Origin: Psammoneis japonica
Taxonomy: Eukaryota
NCBI GenBank assembly: GCA_008632985.1
Contig: QPGO01000079.1
Coordinates: 248,001-312,000, forward strand
Direction of reading: 5' to 3'
DNA: 64,000 nt
Positions 37,331-50,968 of the stretch are shown one piece after another. Position 1 is the stretch's first letter; every line of letters begins with the position of its first letter. Position numbers and translations under genes: made by a program. Under the pieces are notes generated by a model. That model saw only the letters and a program-made list of their open reading frames with translations. It ran no database searches and had not been told where the DNA came from.

Positions 37331-37899
37331 TAGCCATCGATGATGTTCAAGACGTTTTCGTTTTTGAATATGATGGGTGTTTACACAAACATTCGGTTGG
37401 AAGGGTGCGGGGTACTCCACGGAAAGGAAACATGGAGCCAAAGAGAACTTTCAGAAAGAGTTAGAACTCAAGAACGTGGGACAAATGGAGTCCGGAGTGA
37501 AAAGAAATAAAAACTCGCAATAGGCTTGTCCCCGTGAAACAGGAGCATTCATGTTGTGCAGTGAAATTGGAGAAAATAACAAAAAATAAGATGAATAAAT
37601 TTTTTCTCTCTAGGAGAGCCCATCATGCATGCGGACAAGTACGGTACAGTAGAATAGAAAAGCGATCTGGAGATCGATTGTCAATTGTCATTACATCATG
37701 TCGAGTGTCGATTGAGATGGACAGCCGCAGGGAGAATTTTTCTTCTCCGGAGCTCGAACGGCGATAGCCGTCAAGGGCTCTCTACTATGGTAGAGAGAGC
37801 TCTCTACTAGACTCTAGAGCTAGAGAGATAGTAGTAGGGCCCTAGACTACATACAAATTCAAATTACGGTCAACAAGCTCAGAGACTCTATACTTCTAC

Positions 37900-40282
37900 T
37901 TAGTTTTTCTTCAAAAAGCTCTGAACCATGGCTTCTGTCTCTCTCATGGACCTCCCCAGGTCTGAAAGCACAGACGGCGAGTCGTCGACATCCTCCTCCT
38001 CATTGGATTGTTCTGCCCTCGACGACGCCTTGAGTGGTGACAAGCCGTCCCCCATTTCGGATGCAGCATACACGGAAACCTTGTCTGGAAAGAATTCCAA
38101 TGGACCCGAGACACATTGAGGAGATTTGTTGATCTTGTTTCGATCAAACACTTGGTTGCATTCCTGCTGTAAATTACAAATAATCCTGTTGCGTTCCTCC
38201 TCCCACCCCAGACGAAGAGACTGCAACTCGCGATCGTGGTTGGATTGAATTGATGCCATTTGTTCTTCATGTTCTTGCGCAAGTTGCGCCATGTCCAGTT
38301 CTAGCGCAAATCGCTCTTGCTCTTTTTCGTCCACTTGCGCTCGCATAGCCGAAATTTGCACCCTTGTATGCTCGGCAGCCTCTGCTTCCCTCGCCTCCGC
38401 TTCTTTTTGGAGCTGTAATCATGCGCAGAGAAAAGAAGCAGCGCTAAGACAACAACGTCAAAATAGCGGTGATACATATACACAATAGACATTTACATAC
38501 CTCGCGCATTCTTTCTCGCAACTCTTCAACCTTGGAATTACAAGATTCTGAAATATCCTTACGAATCGAATCGACTTCTTTCTGCTTGCTTTCTTGTAAT
38601 TTACACTTTTCGTTTTCATACGCTGTCTTGACTCGTAACAATTCCGCCTTGTGCCGTTTCTCCTCCTCCTGAAGCTTCTCTTGATGCTGTTTGATCAGGG
38701 TGGCCCGTTCGGCCGAGTCACGAATGCGTTCCAGTCGATTCATTGGCTTATTGCGCTCCTTGGCACGCAAAAGCTCACCGTGGGCCGTCTCCAAGTCGAT
38801 TCGTAGCGATTGAATGGTGCCTTGTAGGTCCTTCTTTTCGTTTCTCCATTCGTCTCGTTCCTTTTCAAACTCCTTCCGATATACATTCTTTTCGTTTGCC
38901 AACTCTTGTTTTTCCTCCTCCAACCACCGAGCTCGTTCAGCCTCGCGACCGTCAAACTCGTGTTGCGTAGTCTTTTGGTATTCCTTCCACTCATCTCGAG
39001 TGTCCATGTACTTTTTCTCGTACTCATCGCGTGCCCTCGCAAGCCTTTCAATCTCCTTTTCGTACGTATTCTTGTCATTCAACCACACTGCCCGTTCCTC
39101 TTCAAACTGATTCTGATTTTTCTCTTGTTGAACCATCCATTGAGCTCTTTCCGTCTCGAGGCTTTCAATTTGCTCCTCGTATTTCTTCTGCTCTTCCATA
39201 CATTGAGTCCTTTCCGTCTCGAGGCTTTCAATTTGCACCTTGTACTTTCTCTGTTCCTCTGTCCATTGAGCTCTTTCCGTCTCGAGGCTTTCAATTTGCC
39301 CCTTGTACTTTCTCTGTTCCTCTATCCATTCAGCTCTTTTCGTCTCGAGGCTTTCAATTTGCCCCGTGTACCTTTTCTGCTCCTCTATCCATTCAGTCCT
39401 TTCCGTCTCGAGGCTTTCTATTTGCTCCTCATATTTCTTCTGTTCCTCCGTCCACTGAGCTCTTTCCGTCTCGAGGCTTTCCATTTGCTCCTCATATTTC
39501 TTCTGTTCCTCCGTCCACTGAGCTCTTTCCGTCTCGAGGCTTTCCATTTGCTCCTTGTACTGTTTCTGCTCCTCCATCCATTGAGCTCTTTCCATCTCGA
39601 GTATTTCGACATGCTCCTTGAACTTTGTCTCCTCCTCCATCCATTGTTCTTGTTTGTGCAGAGCTTGTAGACGATCACTCTCTTGCTCCATTCGAGTCGC
39701 CTCGTCGTGTAGTAGTTGCGACTCGTTTTCAACACCAGCCATGTCGCCGTGACGACGCTCACTCGATTGCAGCGATGCATTCTCCAACAATAATTTGCGA
39801 TTGGTTTCTGTCAATTCGAGTGCAACTTGAGTCAAACGAGCCACCTCTTGTTCCAAACGAAGCGTCGGTTCTAAAAGAAACTTGTTGGAAGGATAATGTC
39901 GTGTTCGTTGTGGTGGTGAAGAAATGTTTGCGAGGGGTAATTGATGTTGCAGCGCACGGTGCAAACGCCGTTCCAAGGATCGATCGTCGTAAAAGGTATC
40001 ATTGTTTTGATTTTGAAAATCGCCGTCGTTGCTTGTGACACTCATGCCAATGGGTGATATGGAGGATGATGTAGATGGATCATGACTGGATGATGGTGGT
40101 GGAGAGGGTGCATAATCATAATAACGACTTGTTTCATGTTGTTGTTGTCGACTCGTTGTTTCGTCGTCAAAATGCCGTCGACGACTCGTCTCGTCGTTGT
40201 GCCGCTCATGATGATTCAACCTTGCATAGTTCGTGTCATTACTATAAGAATGCCGACTGTTGCTTCTCGAGTCGGACTCCAT
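37900..40282 (-). CDS. Long coiled-coil protein with 21-aa tandem repeats (one intron at about 38414-38500)
   Basis: E/K/Q-rich helical ORF; about 8 copies of ESLETERAQWxEEQKKYxxQI (63 bp). Confidence 0.8.
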
Positions 40283-40607
40283 GATGCTGTGTTGCAACAA
40301 TTCAAGTTTTTGTGTTGACAGGAACAGGACCGACACTGAACACCCAACAACATAAGGCGAGACGCGGCGAGACGATGCGATGAGAGATCGATGCGATCGC
40401 GGCTCGCTCGGCAGCAAGCGCGCCAAAAAAATATTTAGCTCGAATTCTGCTAGATTTTTAGTAGTACACCTTCTACATACACATATTAGTCGTACCTACA
40501 GTACATACATATTTGGGCGCGCGATTTGCGCGCAAAAAAGATACGCTCCGCCCGCCTTCACCTCTCCCGGTTTTTTCTGCGCCACAAAAAATAAACTGGC
40601 CACAAAA

Positions 40608-42864
40608 ATGGCGTCTCCACCACTCTCCAACGAGGAACGGCGCAAGCTTCTCAAACCCAACCCATCTCACAGTCAAGTCATTGACGTTATTCTAAAAAGT
40701 TACAAATGTACCAAGGTTGAAATTATCAAGCAACTCGATTCGTACGATGATTGCAATTACATGGTTCAACTCAATGATACTACTACACCGTATTTATGCA
40801 AAATTCACAATGGCGTCGAGTCGGCTGATTTTATCGAGGTGTACAACAAAACCCAAAATTATTATACATGCGGCACCAACAGTGTCATTCATTTACAAAA
40901 TGCATTAATGGAACACTTGAATCAACACGGTATTACGACATCACAACCACAACTCACCAAGGACCAAATCATCCCCCCGTATGTCTCCACGATTGCCTAC
41001 TACTTGTGGAACAACACAATTGCTCGTGGTACGGTTGTTGAGTTGGGTACCCGGTCGAATCATGGAATCGTTACCCATGTTGCCACTCGAGTGTTTGGCG
41101 GATGCGGGACGGTTCTTGGGAAACATGGATCACAAGCTTGATCTTTGGATCCCAATACCTATCCCGCATCCCAACGTCATCACGAATGGGACGGAAAGAA
41201 TACAAGTGGATTGCGACAGTTCTTGAATTGCATTCCAGACGCAAAACGACGCGGTCTTGTGGAATCTGTCATTTCAACGTTTGAACGCGATACCCACAAT
41301 GTAAAATTTCGGTGTGGCATGTTACAGGCGGATTTCAACAATGCCAATATTCTTGTCAATGACGATTTTCAAGTTTCGGGCATTATTGATTTTGGAGATT
41401 CCGTGGCAAGGTAAGCTACTTGTCTTTATCAATAAAATGCTCTTGCAACTAGAGTACCGACGGAAACTACATGGTTGACCGATTGACGTTCGAGTTGTCG
41501 GAAGCTATTTGTTTTTCATGTTCATATCGTGTACTTCATTTCGACGAGCAAAGTAAACCACGGAGTAAAGCACCGGAACGTCAACGCTATCATGGCTCTC
41601 CAGTCAATGGAGATGCTTTTTCCATGACGACGGCGTTCAAACAATTATTCTTGTTTTGTATGATTGTGGGTTTTGCTCTAATCAAAATTGTTTCTCACAA
41701 TTTCTTGTTTTCTCTTTTTTTTTTATACACAGTTGGAGAGTATTGGATATATCGGTCGCCATGATGTACGCCATGCTGACGTGTTATGGCAAGGCCCATC
41801 GACGATTGTCGGCTGCGTGTGCCGTATTGCGTGGATACCATTCCGTCTATCCACTCACGGAGCTCGAGTTGCAACATTTACACCTCTTGGTGGCGTGTCG
41901 ATTGGCATGTTCGGCAACTTTGGGAGCGTATTCGTACCAACAGAATCCTCAAAACAAGTATCTACTCTTACACGCGGAACCCGCGTGGAAGGCATTGGAG
42001 TTGATTTGGGGGTACAACGATGAGTATCGAAACAACATGAACCAAACGCTTGGTCGCATGTTTGATGTGGCGTGTAACCAATACACGGAACTAGAACACG
42101 GAGTCATTGATTGTTCTGACTTGAGCTTTCCGGATCCATATGTCAAGGATGTCATGGCACCCTTGCGAGGAAACAACAACGACGCGGCGGCTGCTCCCGC
42201 CGAAACCAATGGCGAAAGCAACAACAACAAGAAACCGACCATTACCTTTTGCACGGGCAACAAAAAGAAACTGGAAGAAGTCAAGCGCATTTTAAATGAT
42301 GGCACAAACACGTTGCCCTTTGATATTACAAACCAAAAAGTAGATCTTCCCGAACTCCAGGATGACGATCCATTGGATATTGCCAAGGAAAAATGTGCCG
42401 TGGCGGCTGTCCAAGTGGGTGGTGCCGTCATTACCGAAGATACATCCTTGTGCTTTACCGCACTCCACGGTTTGCCCGGCCCGTACATTAAATGGTTTTT
42501 GGAAAAGCTTGGACACGACGGTCTCAATGACATGATTGAATTCTCGGAGGACAAGACGGCGTACGCTCAAACGGTCGTTGCCTATTGTCCGGGACCGCAC
42601 CAACCCGTTCAAGTCTTTGATGGACGTGTTGCTGGTAAAATTGTGCGTCCGCGAGGCAGTCTCGACTTTGGGTGGGATCCCATTTTTGAACCCAACGAGA
42701 GCCATGGCAAGACCTTTGCGGAAATGTCGGCCGAGGACAAGGATGCCATTTCGCATCGTGGACGTGCTTTTGGGTTGTTGCGAGATTACTTTTTGAGTGA
42801 ATCGGAATCCATTGCGGCTGCATTGGCGGCGCCGCCTGCTGCCAAACGGCAAAAGGCGAGTTAA
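40608..42864 (+). CDS. ITPA: Fusion of a hydroxylysine-kinase/APH-like phosphotransferase and an inosine triphosphate pyrophosphatase (ITPase/HAM1)
   Basis: LDSYDDCNY, VRLLSWVPG, QADFNNANIL, GIIDFGDS; intron about 41411-41731; then TGNKKKLEE, DLPELQ, EDTSLCF, PGPYIKWF, FGWDPIF and ISHR. The kinase C-lobe and ITPase are in one ORF. Confidence 0.88.
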
Positions 42865-42923
42865 AAACGAAAATGTGAATAATACTACAGAGAATTATCG
42901 TGAAGTGAAAATTAGCTACTAGA

Positions 42924-43754
42924 CTATGGCGGTGTCACACAAGGCCCATCAAAGCCTTGAGCCGTAAGTCCGCCGTCCACTCCCAAACATTGTCCGGTAA
43001 TGTAACTACTCGCAGGCATGCACAAGAAGCAAATGGGTGCCGCCACTTCTTGGGGTGTGGCCAATCGGTGCATGGGCGTCCATGCGTGAGCCTTGTCGAG
43101 TTGGGACGGGTCCTTTTTGACCGCCTCCTCCAACATGGGTGTCATGGTCATCCATGGCACGACACTATTGACACGAATATTCTTCGAGGCCCATTCACAC
43201 GCCAAGCTCCGCGTTAATTGATTCATGGCAGCCTTGCTCATGCCGTACGCGGCGCCCGTGCCGGAACTCTGTACACCGGCAGCCGACGAGACATTGACAA
43301 TGGTCGAACCCCCGTTTTCGTCTTTTTCAAACAAATCATAAAATTCTCGACAAAGAAAATATGCCGAATCGACATTGGTTCTCATAATGGAAAAGTATTC
43401 GTCGGGTTGTTGTTCTAGAATGCTTTTGCGAATGTTTTGTCCGACATTGTTGATTAGTCCGTGAATTTTCGTAAATACGGTCCGAGTCCCCTGCACAAGA
43501 CGTGTACGTCCCTCGGAAGTGGATACATCACAATCAATGTGAACGCTCGTGGAGTTGGGATACTCTTCGTTCAACGAGTTGTCCAAGTCAGCGCAACTGG
43601 ATGATCGGGAACAAAACACCACTCCCGAGGCACCGTGTTCCAAGAGCGCTCGGACTGTTGCCAGACCAATTCCGTTGGCTCCGCCAGTGACTACAAAGTT
43701 TTTCGATTGGAGCGACCAAGACGATAACGCAGTCGCAGTACTACTGCTTGACAT
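42924..43754 (-). CDS. Tropinone-reductase-like short-chain dehydrogenase
   Basis: [28 protein letters not shown] (YxxxK), LACEWA and YITGQ. Confidence 0.92.
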   Translation of the reverse strand: MSSSSTATALSSWSLQSKNFVVTGGANGIGLATVRALLEHGASGVVFCSRSSSCADLDNSLNEEYPNSTSVHIDCDVSTSEGRTRLVQGTRTVFTKIHGLINNVGQNIRKSILEQQPDEYFSIMRTNVDSAYFLCREFYDLFEKDENGGSTIVNVSSAAGVQSSGTGAAYGMSKAAMNQLTRSLACEWASKNIRVNSVVPWMTMTPMLEEAVKKDPSQLDKAHAWTPMHRLATPQEVAAPICFLCMPASSYITGQCLGVDGGLTAQGFDGPCVTPP

Positions 43755-44191
43755 GGTGTTTTGCTTTGTTATGATGGTTTTTACTTTGATGCTTTGCAAA
43801 AACTGTGTGGGGTATTGCACTTCCAACGCTTGGCGAAGATCTGGACCCGCGCTCAGCGATAATAATTGCGCGATCCACATGACGTCATCTACGAGCTACG
43901 AGGTCTGATCTAAGATTTAGATTACAGTCGTTACGAGTTTTGAGTTTTGAGTCCGTGCCGTGTGAGGAAGTGAGGACCATGGGATTTTTGCGACCGTCTT
44001 TCCACGCTGCCGCTGCATTTTTTGCTGGTCTCTATCAAACGCGCACTTAAATCAGAATCATTCCCACACTAGAATCTTGATTTTATGCAATGTCCGACAG
44101 CAGCAAACTTTGTGTGCAAGATCTTGCCGAGCGCCCCTGCCTGCTGCAGGTGATGCTGAATCATCGTCGACAGCGAAGGACTACCTTTCTC

Positions 44192-45429
44192 ATGTATACG
44201 AAACATGCTTGGTTCCTCTTGCTGCTTGTCTTGTCATCAGTCAAAGCAGCATCAACAAAACAACAGCAGCGACGAAGAACCAAGAGCAACTGCGAATGGA
44301 ACCGACCCCCTGCTTGCCACGGAGCACCGACCTTTGATATTCAGCTCTATTTTGTAAACAACAGCGACGATGCAGAGACGATCAACAACAACAACAACAA
44401 CACGATGACGACCAGCAGCACGACTCGTCCGTTTCCACAGGATTTGAAGGGTCCTGTGCAAGCAGCTGTCGAACTTTGGTCTCGTGCCATTGTAGGGAAG
44501 ACACAGAACAAGAGCAAGAAAACGTTGTCTTCTCGGCTACCTAATGCCGAATCATCTCAAAAGGTAAACCAAGCCTTTGAACGTGCCTGTGGGGATGTTC
44601 CCAGCAGCTTTGCTCGTTATTTCACACAAGACGGCAACAACAGTGCCTTACCGCTGTTTCTATGCGTACACTACGAGCCCATTATGAACTCGGCGTCTGC
44701 TTGCATGTCGCCAATTTTAATCAGCGACGGCTTGCCGATTTTGGTAAAGATTGTTTTGAACAGTCTAGTGTATGATATTGACAATTATGACTTTTGTGAC
44801 TGGGCCAACGTTGCAGCTCATGAAATCGGCCATGCCTTGGGCTTTTATTTTGACAAGGACTCGTCCCATCATTATCATGTGAGCAAAGTCACAAAATCCT
44901 TTCGTGGGTCGAATGCCAAACGTGAATGGAACAAGCTAGTTAGGAAAGTATACGACAAGGCTACTACCAATGCTACTACAAAAGTTACAACTCATCGGCG
45001 TGTTGCTCCACGTTACCCCCTTTGGAACGAGACGGAATTCATTGGTCGGGTCAGTGTTTTACGAATGAACTGATGCTACAGACATATGACAGCTCAAACA
45101 AGTATTCTCAACAGCGCCTTGTGGTATCACGACTGACGCTGGCAGTCTTGGAAGACATTGGATATCAAGTAAATTATGATTGCGCGGACGAATCATCCAT
45201 CATTATGCACCAAGCCTGTGCTGCCAACTATCCGTGGAGCCATCTGGCGTCGACTCTGCGAAAGAGATTCACTCGGATCAATCGAAAATGTCGAATCCTT
45301 TGGCGTAAGACACGGCGGCGCTTTTCTCGACTCAATCGAAAACGACGAATCGTTTGGCGTAAAGCAAAGCGAAACTTTGCTCGATGGAGGCGCAGACATT
45401 TTTTCTTCCGAGTAGTCATTGTTTCCTGA
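44192..45429 (+). CDS. Secreted zinc metalloprotease, leishmanolysin (M8)-like, with Arg-rich tail (apparent frameshift about 45020)
   Basis: Signal peptide, HEIGHALG, HW...ELM and SRLTLAVLEDIGYQV. Confidence 0.8.
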
Positions 45430-46161
45430 TCGCTGCTTCTACTGGCGAGAGCAATTCGATTGGGATGGTTAGTGACAAACAGCCGCGACAATAGGAAATC
45501 AAATCAACACTCAAAAGATCTGAACACGATGCTACACTATGTTGAAATGATGACGCTCGCATCTGCTCAATACTATTGCAACACCTTCGCATCTATATCA
45601 CTATTTCAACATTCTAGCCTTACAGCAATAGCATATTGCAATACAAAGTATTGCTCTGCTTTCTCGCTAGAGAGTCGGAATTACCATTTCAAAAACAAAC
45701 CAAAGAGTCTTTCATGATTCTTTCGTCTCTTTCTTCGTGAATATTTCGGCACCTCACTCTCTACGTATACACTCTTTGCCCTCAAAGATGAGCTGCCCAG
45801 AAAGCGGTACGAAGATTGCGTGAGGCTACGAGCTGAAGCCTCCTCGAGAGGTTGTGGAAGGTTCATTACATTGGGCATCCTTGTTCCTGAGATTTGCGTG
45901 ATCAGGCTTTAAATGCTCTCAAGAAAAACGACGTTTGAATTACCCCCAGGGGTAGCTAGTAGAGTCGTCCACGTCAATACACATGCCAGATCAAGTGTAA
46001 CAAAAATAAGAGGGGTCAGCAAAAACCATAGATCTACTGATCGATAAATGTTGTTTCTAGACTACCCTTGTCCAACGTCAGTTGTCAGTGCAAGCTCCAA
46101 GCTTACACCACATCCGATCTGCCATCTTTTCAGGTACTGCTGCCATGGTTTGCAGTGCAAC

Positions 46162-49100
46162 CTAAGCATCACGTTGCTCCTGAGCAATCTCATGGATCGC
46201 TTTGATTCGTCCAGCCAAACCGGTCAACCCAGAAGAGCTACAGAACTCTGTGCACAGCACTGATGCCTCCTCGACAAGGCCAGCTTCCACGTAGGACAGA
46301 ATAGACTGTGTAGCCAGCTCGATCGCGTCAGCAGAATCGGGGTCTTCCAGAAATGTCTCGCGAGCGGCGTACTGTAGCTTCAGTGCCGATAGATGCTTGC
46401 GAACGCGAGCCACAAGAAGAGGGTCGTCAGCCTTTTCAAAGTGAGCAATGGCGCGCTTCAAGTTGGACAAAGCGTCATCTGAATCCTCGTCGACGGCTAT
46501 GACCAAATCAATACCCTGAGCACGCCATTCATCTGAAGTCATGAGCTTCGAACTTTCTTGGATAATGGTGTCCATCTTCATAGGTTCGGCAAGGCGGCCG
46601 CACATAAGCCTGTTCCAAGCTTCGTACGCATCACTTCCCTTCGTCTCGATGAAGAGCAAACGATTCTGCGCACGCGTAATGGCCGTATAGAGAAGTTTGA
46701 TCTCCAACTCAAGAGCTTGAGGATTATCTGTGGAGGAATGATGCGCTGCGCTGGACGAAATATCCGAGATGGAAGAGACGAGAAGATTCTTCCAAGCCTT
46801 CTGCAGTTTCTTCTCTTTGCATCCTGAAAAGAAATCGACAATAATCACATCAGAAAACTCGAGCCCCTTGGCCTCAATGATTCCATACACCGCATACTCG
46901 AAGCCGGGGACATGCTCTAGGAACTGAGCCTTGGAGTCGTCGCGAACCAACACACGGATTCGTTCGTTCTTACGAAGAAGCTCGGGCAACTCCTTGTAGT
47001 CGCTGGTCAGCAGTCCTGGCCGGGGTCCTTTCAAACAAAACAAGGTAAAACAAGCCAATAGATGAACAAGTGATATTCGCGTTCGAGAATAGCAAAAGGT
47101 AACAGTTCGATGCACACTTAAAGCTCACCCTGAACAAGTCCCGTATCATGCTCCAGCTTCAACGCTGCTTCCGGAAAGGCCTTGAGTAGACAGTCCAATA
47201 CAGAATTAGCCACTTTCAGGATCCCCTCATGGCTACGAAAGTTGTGGTAGAGTTTCTGCCAACGCTCAATCTTCTCCCTGCCCTCGAAAATCATGTGAAC
47301 GACGGAACGGACCTCCTCGAAACGAAAGTCAACGCCCTGGGCCACAGCCTGAGCAGGGTCACCGGCTAGAAAGAGAGAATCAGGGCGATTTCCGCTCGCC
47401 AAAAATAGCAAACCGATCTCGGCTTGACTCATGTCTTGAACCTCGTCCACGTAAATCTTGTCGTAGAGAAGGCCGCGGTTACGGCAGTTGGCCTTGAACA
47501 AGCGCACAACTTCGATGACCCTGTCCATGTCATCCCACAGGCCCTTCTTGTTCAGAAGACTCTGATAGCGCTTGAAACACGCGTATGCCCTCCGACGATC
47601 TTCTTCACTCAAGCGGCAACGGTTCTTACTGAGGAGCTCAAACGACATGTACTCCTCTTCGGTAAGAGCCTCCTGCTTGATAGCCGCTTCGTATGAGCCC
47701 TTGATGAAGGATCGAATCTGCGTCCAGACGACCAGAGGATCAAGGTTTTTCTCCTTTCCTCGGATCTCGTCCCAGTGATTGCAAAAGTTGAGGTACAAAA
47801 ATCGACTCTGGTTCTTCCAAGTCCTACCACTCTCACCATCATCATACTGCTGACGCATTCTTCCACCCAATTCACCACCTGCTTGAACTCCAGGTTCTCA
47901 TTGATGGCCGTTGTCCCTTTGACCATGTTCTCGACGAAATTGCATAGATGCTTGGTACGTGCCACAAACAACTGACGAACGTGCTCTCCACGATCACGAT
48001 CGATTCTGCTGCACACGCACAGAGTCTTGCCGGTACCCGAACGACCCAAACCAATACCGTCCCGCCTTGACTCACAATGGCCTCCTCTTGAGCCGTGAGC
48101 TTGATGGGCGGGGTCCAATCGGAGTCTCTGACAAAGCGATCAATCTCAGACGTCTTCAACGAGTGAATCTTGAGGGGAGTATTAGAAAGTGGACTGGCCA
48201 ACATTTCCGGCTCTTGCGCTTCCATTTCGATGTCAGAGGCAGAATGGACTACGGTCAACTTGGCGTCGCCACTTTCCTGCTGCTTCTCAAGGACGCGATC
48301 ATAGGAAATGTTCACGCGCTCCACGCAACGACTAATATTATCGTGCTTGCATACGAACCTGGAGAGAACAATCACAAACAATGTTAGGGTTTCGTTTATG
48401 CTTCCAAAAATACAATACAGCCGTTTCACAACACAAAACGTACCAGATCAGAATTCCACCTTGCCACGGCGTCCAAATGATGCGTTGCCCCGCGTCAAGC
48501 TTGGCTTCGTAAATGAGACGATCCGAAGCCTCCAATCGCTTACAAAGAGTCTTGCTCCGTTCGCCTTGTGCTAGCTGCTGCAGTCGCTTCCGGAACAGAT
48601 CCTGCAGTCGCTCGTCCTTGAGGCTTCGCGTCCACTTGACGACATTGGCCGTGACTGATACAGAGGTCAAGACGGGTCCGGCGGACAATGTAGGAGAAGA
48701 CGACGACTCGGAACTGCAACTCGTCGTTACCAATGACATATCTTCAAGACTGTCTTGTTCTGTATCCGCAAAGGAACTGTCTTGAGCTGGAATCGCTTCT
48801 CCAACCTCGTCGAGCTCGTCACAAATGACAAATTCGGACTCTTGCTTGAGTTCCATGAAGGATGAGGCTCCGAGAAACTTGGGGATTCGACTGTTATCGA
48901 ATTCCATATCCAGAAGGGAAGAAACAAGGGGTAACCAAGCTTGATAGGAACAAGAGTCTCGAGGGTTGAGCTTCCTGGAAAGGTTGCCGCGAACACGAGC
49001 CTGCATATTGGTGGCAACTCGTTCTTTGCGCTTTACCGACTTTGCTTGGAGACCACTTAGAAGCTTTCTTGTTCGATCATTTGTTGCAAGATCAAGGGCG

Positions 49101-49879
49101 GTTTTGCCATTCTTGTCCGTGAGAGAGGGACAAATGAATCCCTCGTTGAATAGCAAGAGCGCAAAGACACCCTGGTCCATCTCGGCGGCGGCGTGGAGCA
49201 AGGTCTGTCCACCCGCACCTCGAAGCGCTCGAAGAGTCTTGGAGTCCACGGATTCCAAAAGAGCTTGAAACTGGTCTAGTGTCTGACGGTCGCTCTTCTT
49301 GTTCATGATGGATGTGAATTGCGACCAAAGAGGGTCGCTCGAGCCATCTCTCGAAGCGTCGGCGGAGAAGTCATTGGCCCCTTGAGATGCACGTGGGATT
49401 CGTGCGAGGCCGGTATTCTTCTCGTCGTTCTCAGTGGGTGTGGCGATGCCGGTAGAACTTGTATCAAACAATGCTCGTAGTTCGCGTCCTAGAAATCCGG
49501 GGATAGAGTCATCGACGGAGCGTTTCGGAGAAGAGTCCGGAGAAACGGCGCGCACCCGCGGCGTGGCGGAAAAGGGCGTTGCACCGCCGTTGGAGTTATC
49601 AGACGAGCCCAATTCAGTAGCGGTATCACGAGACATCTTTCGAATCATATCTTCGATTTCCTGTCTCGACTCCGCTCGTCCTTGACGGCCTCCGCTATGG
49701 GCGTTTGGCGCGGCGCGGCGGCGGTTCGCTTCGTCTGAAGAGGTGGAACAATAAGTAACGTGTCGAGGTCGGACCGACGGTACGGTTTCATCATCGTCTG
49801 AATCGTAGATATCAGAGTTCATGTAGCCGACAGTCGCCACGGAGCGCGGGTGTTGCGGTGTTTGCTGGGACGGCGCCAT
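46162..49879 (-). CDS. TRANK1-like ankyrin + UvrD/SF1 helicase protein (introns and apparent frameshifts)
   Basis: GQTLLHAAA/GKTALDLA ankyrins, IQ-like MQARVRG, GRSGTGKT, VDEVQD, GDPAQ, NFRSH, EAKGLEF and LYTAITRA. Confidence 0.85.
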
Positions 49880-50341
49880 GGCTTGATGCTTTGCTTCTGA
49901 TCGTTGCAGAAGATTGTGAGCCGATCTCTTTTTTTCAGCGCGCTGTCGAAAAACAAGTGAGGCGAAAGCGGCGGGCGTTCTGTGTATGCACTGGTACAAT
50001 TCCTACGGAGCTTCCATCCCTATTCGAATACATACAAAGATGGATACAAGATAAACATTTTACTTTTCCGGGTCTCTTCGTCGTACCCTTGACGCTGGTT
50101 GGCGGCTTTTGTAAAGCTTCCGCCATCATGGCGGATGATGAATTGCAGGAACCGTTCTGATTCAACATGACTGCAATGTTTCTTCTTCGCCATCGTCGAA
50201 GCGCTCGCTCGTTGCAACATCGATTTGCTTTGCTGATTTCTTTCTCCGCGTGGATCTCAGTACAAATTCTACGTTGAAATCTTTGATGACGTAATCTTAG
50301 AAGGGAATCTTTGAAAACGGAATCTTTCTTCTACAACCGGC

Positions 50342-50968
50342 ATGTCCATTCCGCCACCACTCACTCGTCGGAGGGAGATTTCAATTTCTTTGTCGGCCAT
50401 GACAAGCCACTCACGTTCTCACGAAACTCAAAAGCCGTCGTCTCAAGTAGTATCCGCTTCAGCTTCCACAACCATGTCACCTCCTGCAGCTTCGTTTGGC
50501 CTCGGACGAGCCGATAACAATGCATCCGCCTCCATAGCACCAATGGATTCCTCCACACCGTGGATGGCTGCATCCGACGGCAACCTGACGCTCCTCCAAT
50601 CGTCTCTTGCAGCACTCAACATTTCTCCAAGCGCGGCAGACGAAAACGGATACACCTTGTTGCATGCGGCATCGTCCTATGGTCAATTGCCCATTATGAA
50701 ATTCCTCTTGACAACACACCACGTGCCCGTGAATGCGGTGGATAATGATGGCGATTCGGCACTCCATCACGCCGAACGGGTAGACGCGACCAAGCTATTA
50801 GTGGAGCATGGTGCAAACCCACAACTCAGAAATCATGCCGACGAGACTCCACTGCAAGCCAAACAAGAAGAACTGGACGAACAAATGCAAGACGAGGATG
50901 ATGAAGATGAAGAAGAAGTTGAAACGCTGCGAGCTATGATTGAATACCTTTCAAGTCTGTCGTCGTGA
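50342..50968 (+). CDS. Small ankyrin-repeat protein with acidic tail (start could be a later ATG)
   Basis: DENGYTLLHAASSYG and DNDGDSALHHA. Confidence 0.85.
   Translation: MSIPPPLTRRREISISLSAMTSHSRSHETQKPSSQVVSASASTTMSPPAASFGLGRADNNASASIAPMDSSTPWMAASDGNLTLLQSSLAALNISPSAADENGYTLLHAASSYGQLPIMKFLLTTHHVPVNAVDNDGDSALHHAERVDATKLLVEHGANPQLRNHADETPLQAKQEELDEQMQDEDDEDEEEVETLRAMIEYLSSLSS

Noticed and set aside
33930..39610. Tandem repeats as CRISPR arrays
   Set aside because: Units are in-frame coding repeats without unique spacers, no cas genes are present, and the context is eukaryotic.
40608..42864. Causal link between the local ITPase or MtaD-like deaminase and the A->G signature
   Set aside because: Both act on free nucleotides or nucleosides and could not target repeats or TpA context. 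Proximity in a eukaryotic genome is not evidence.
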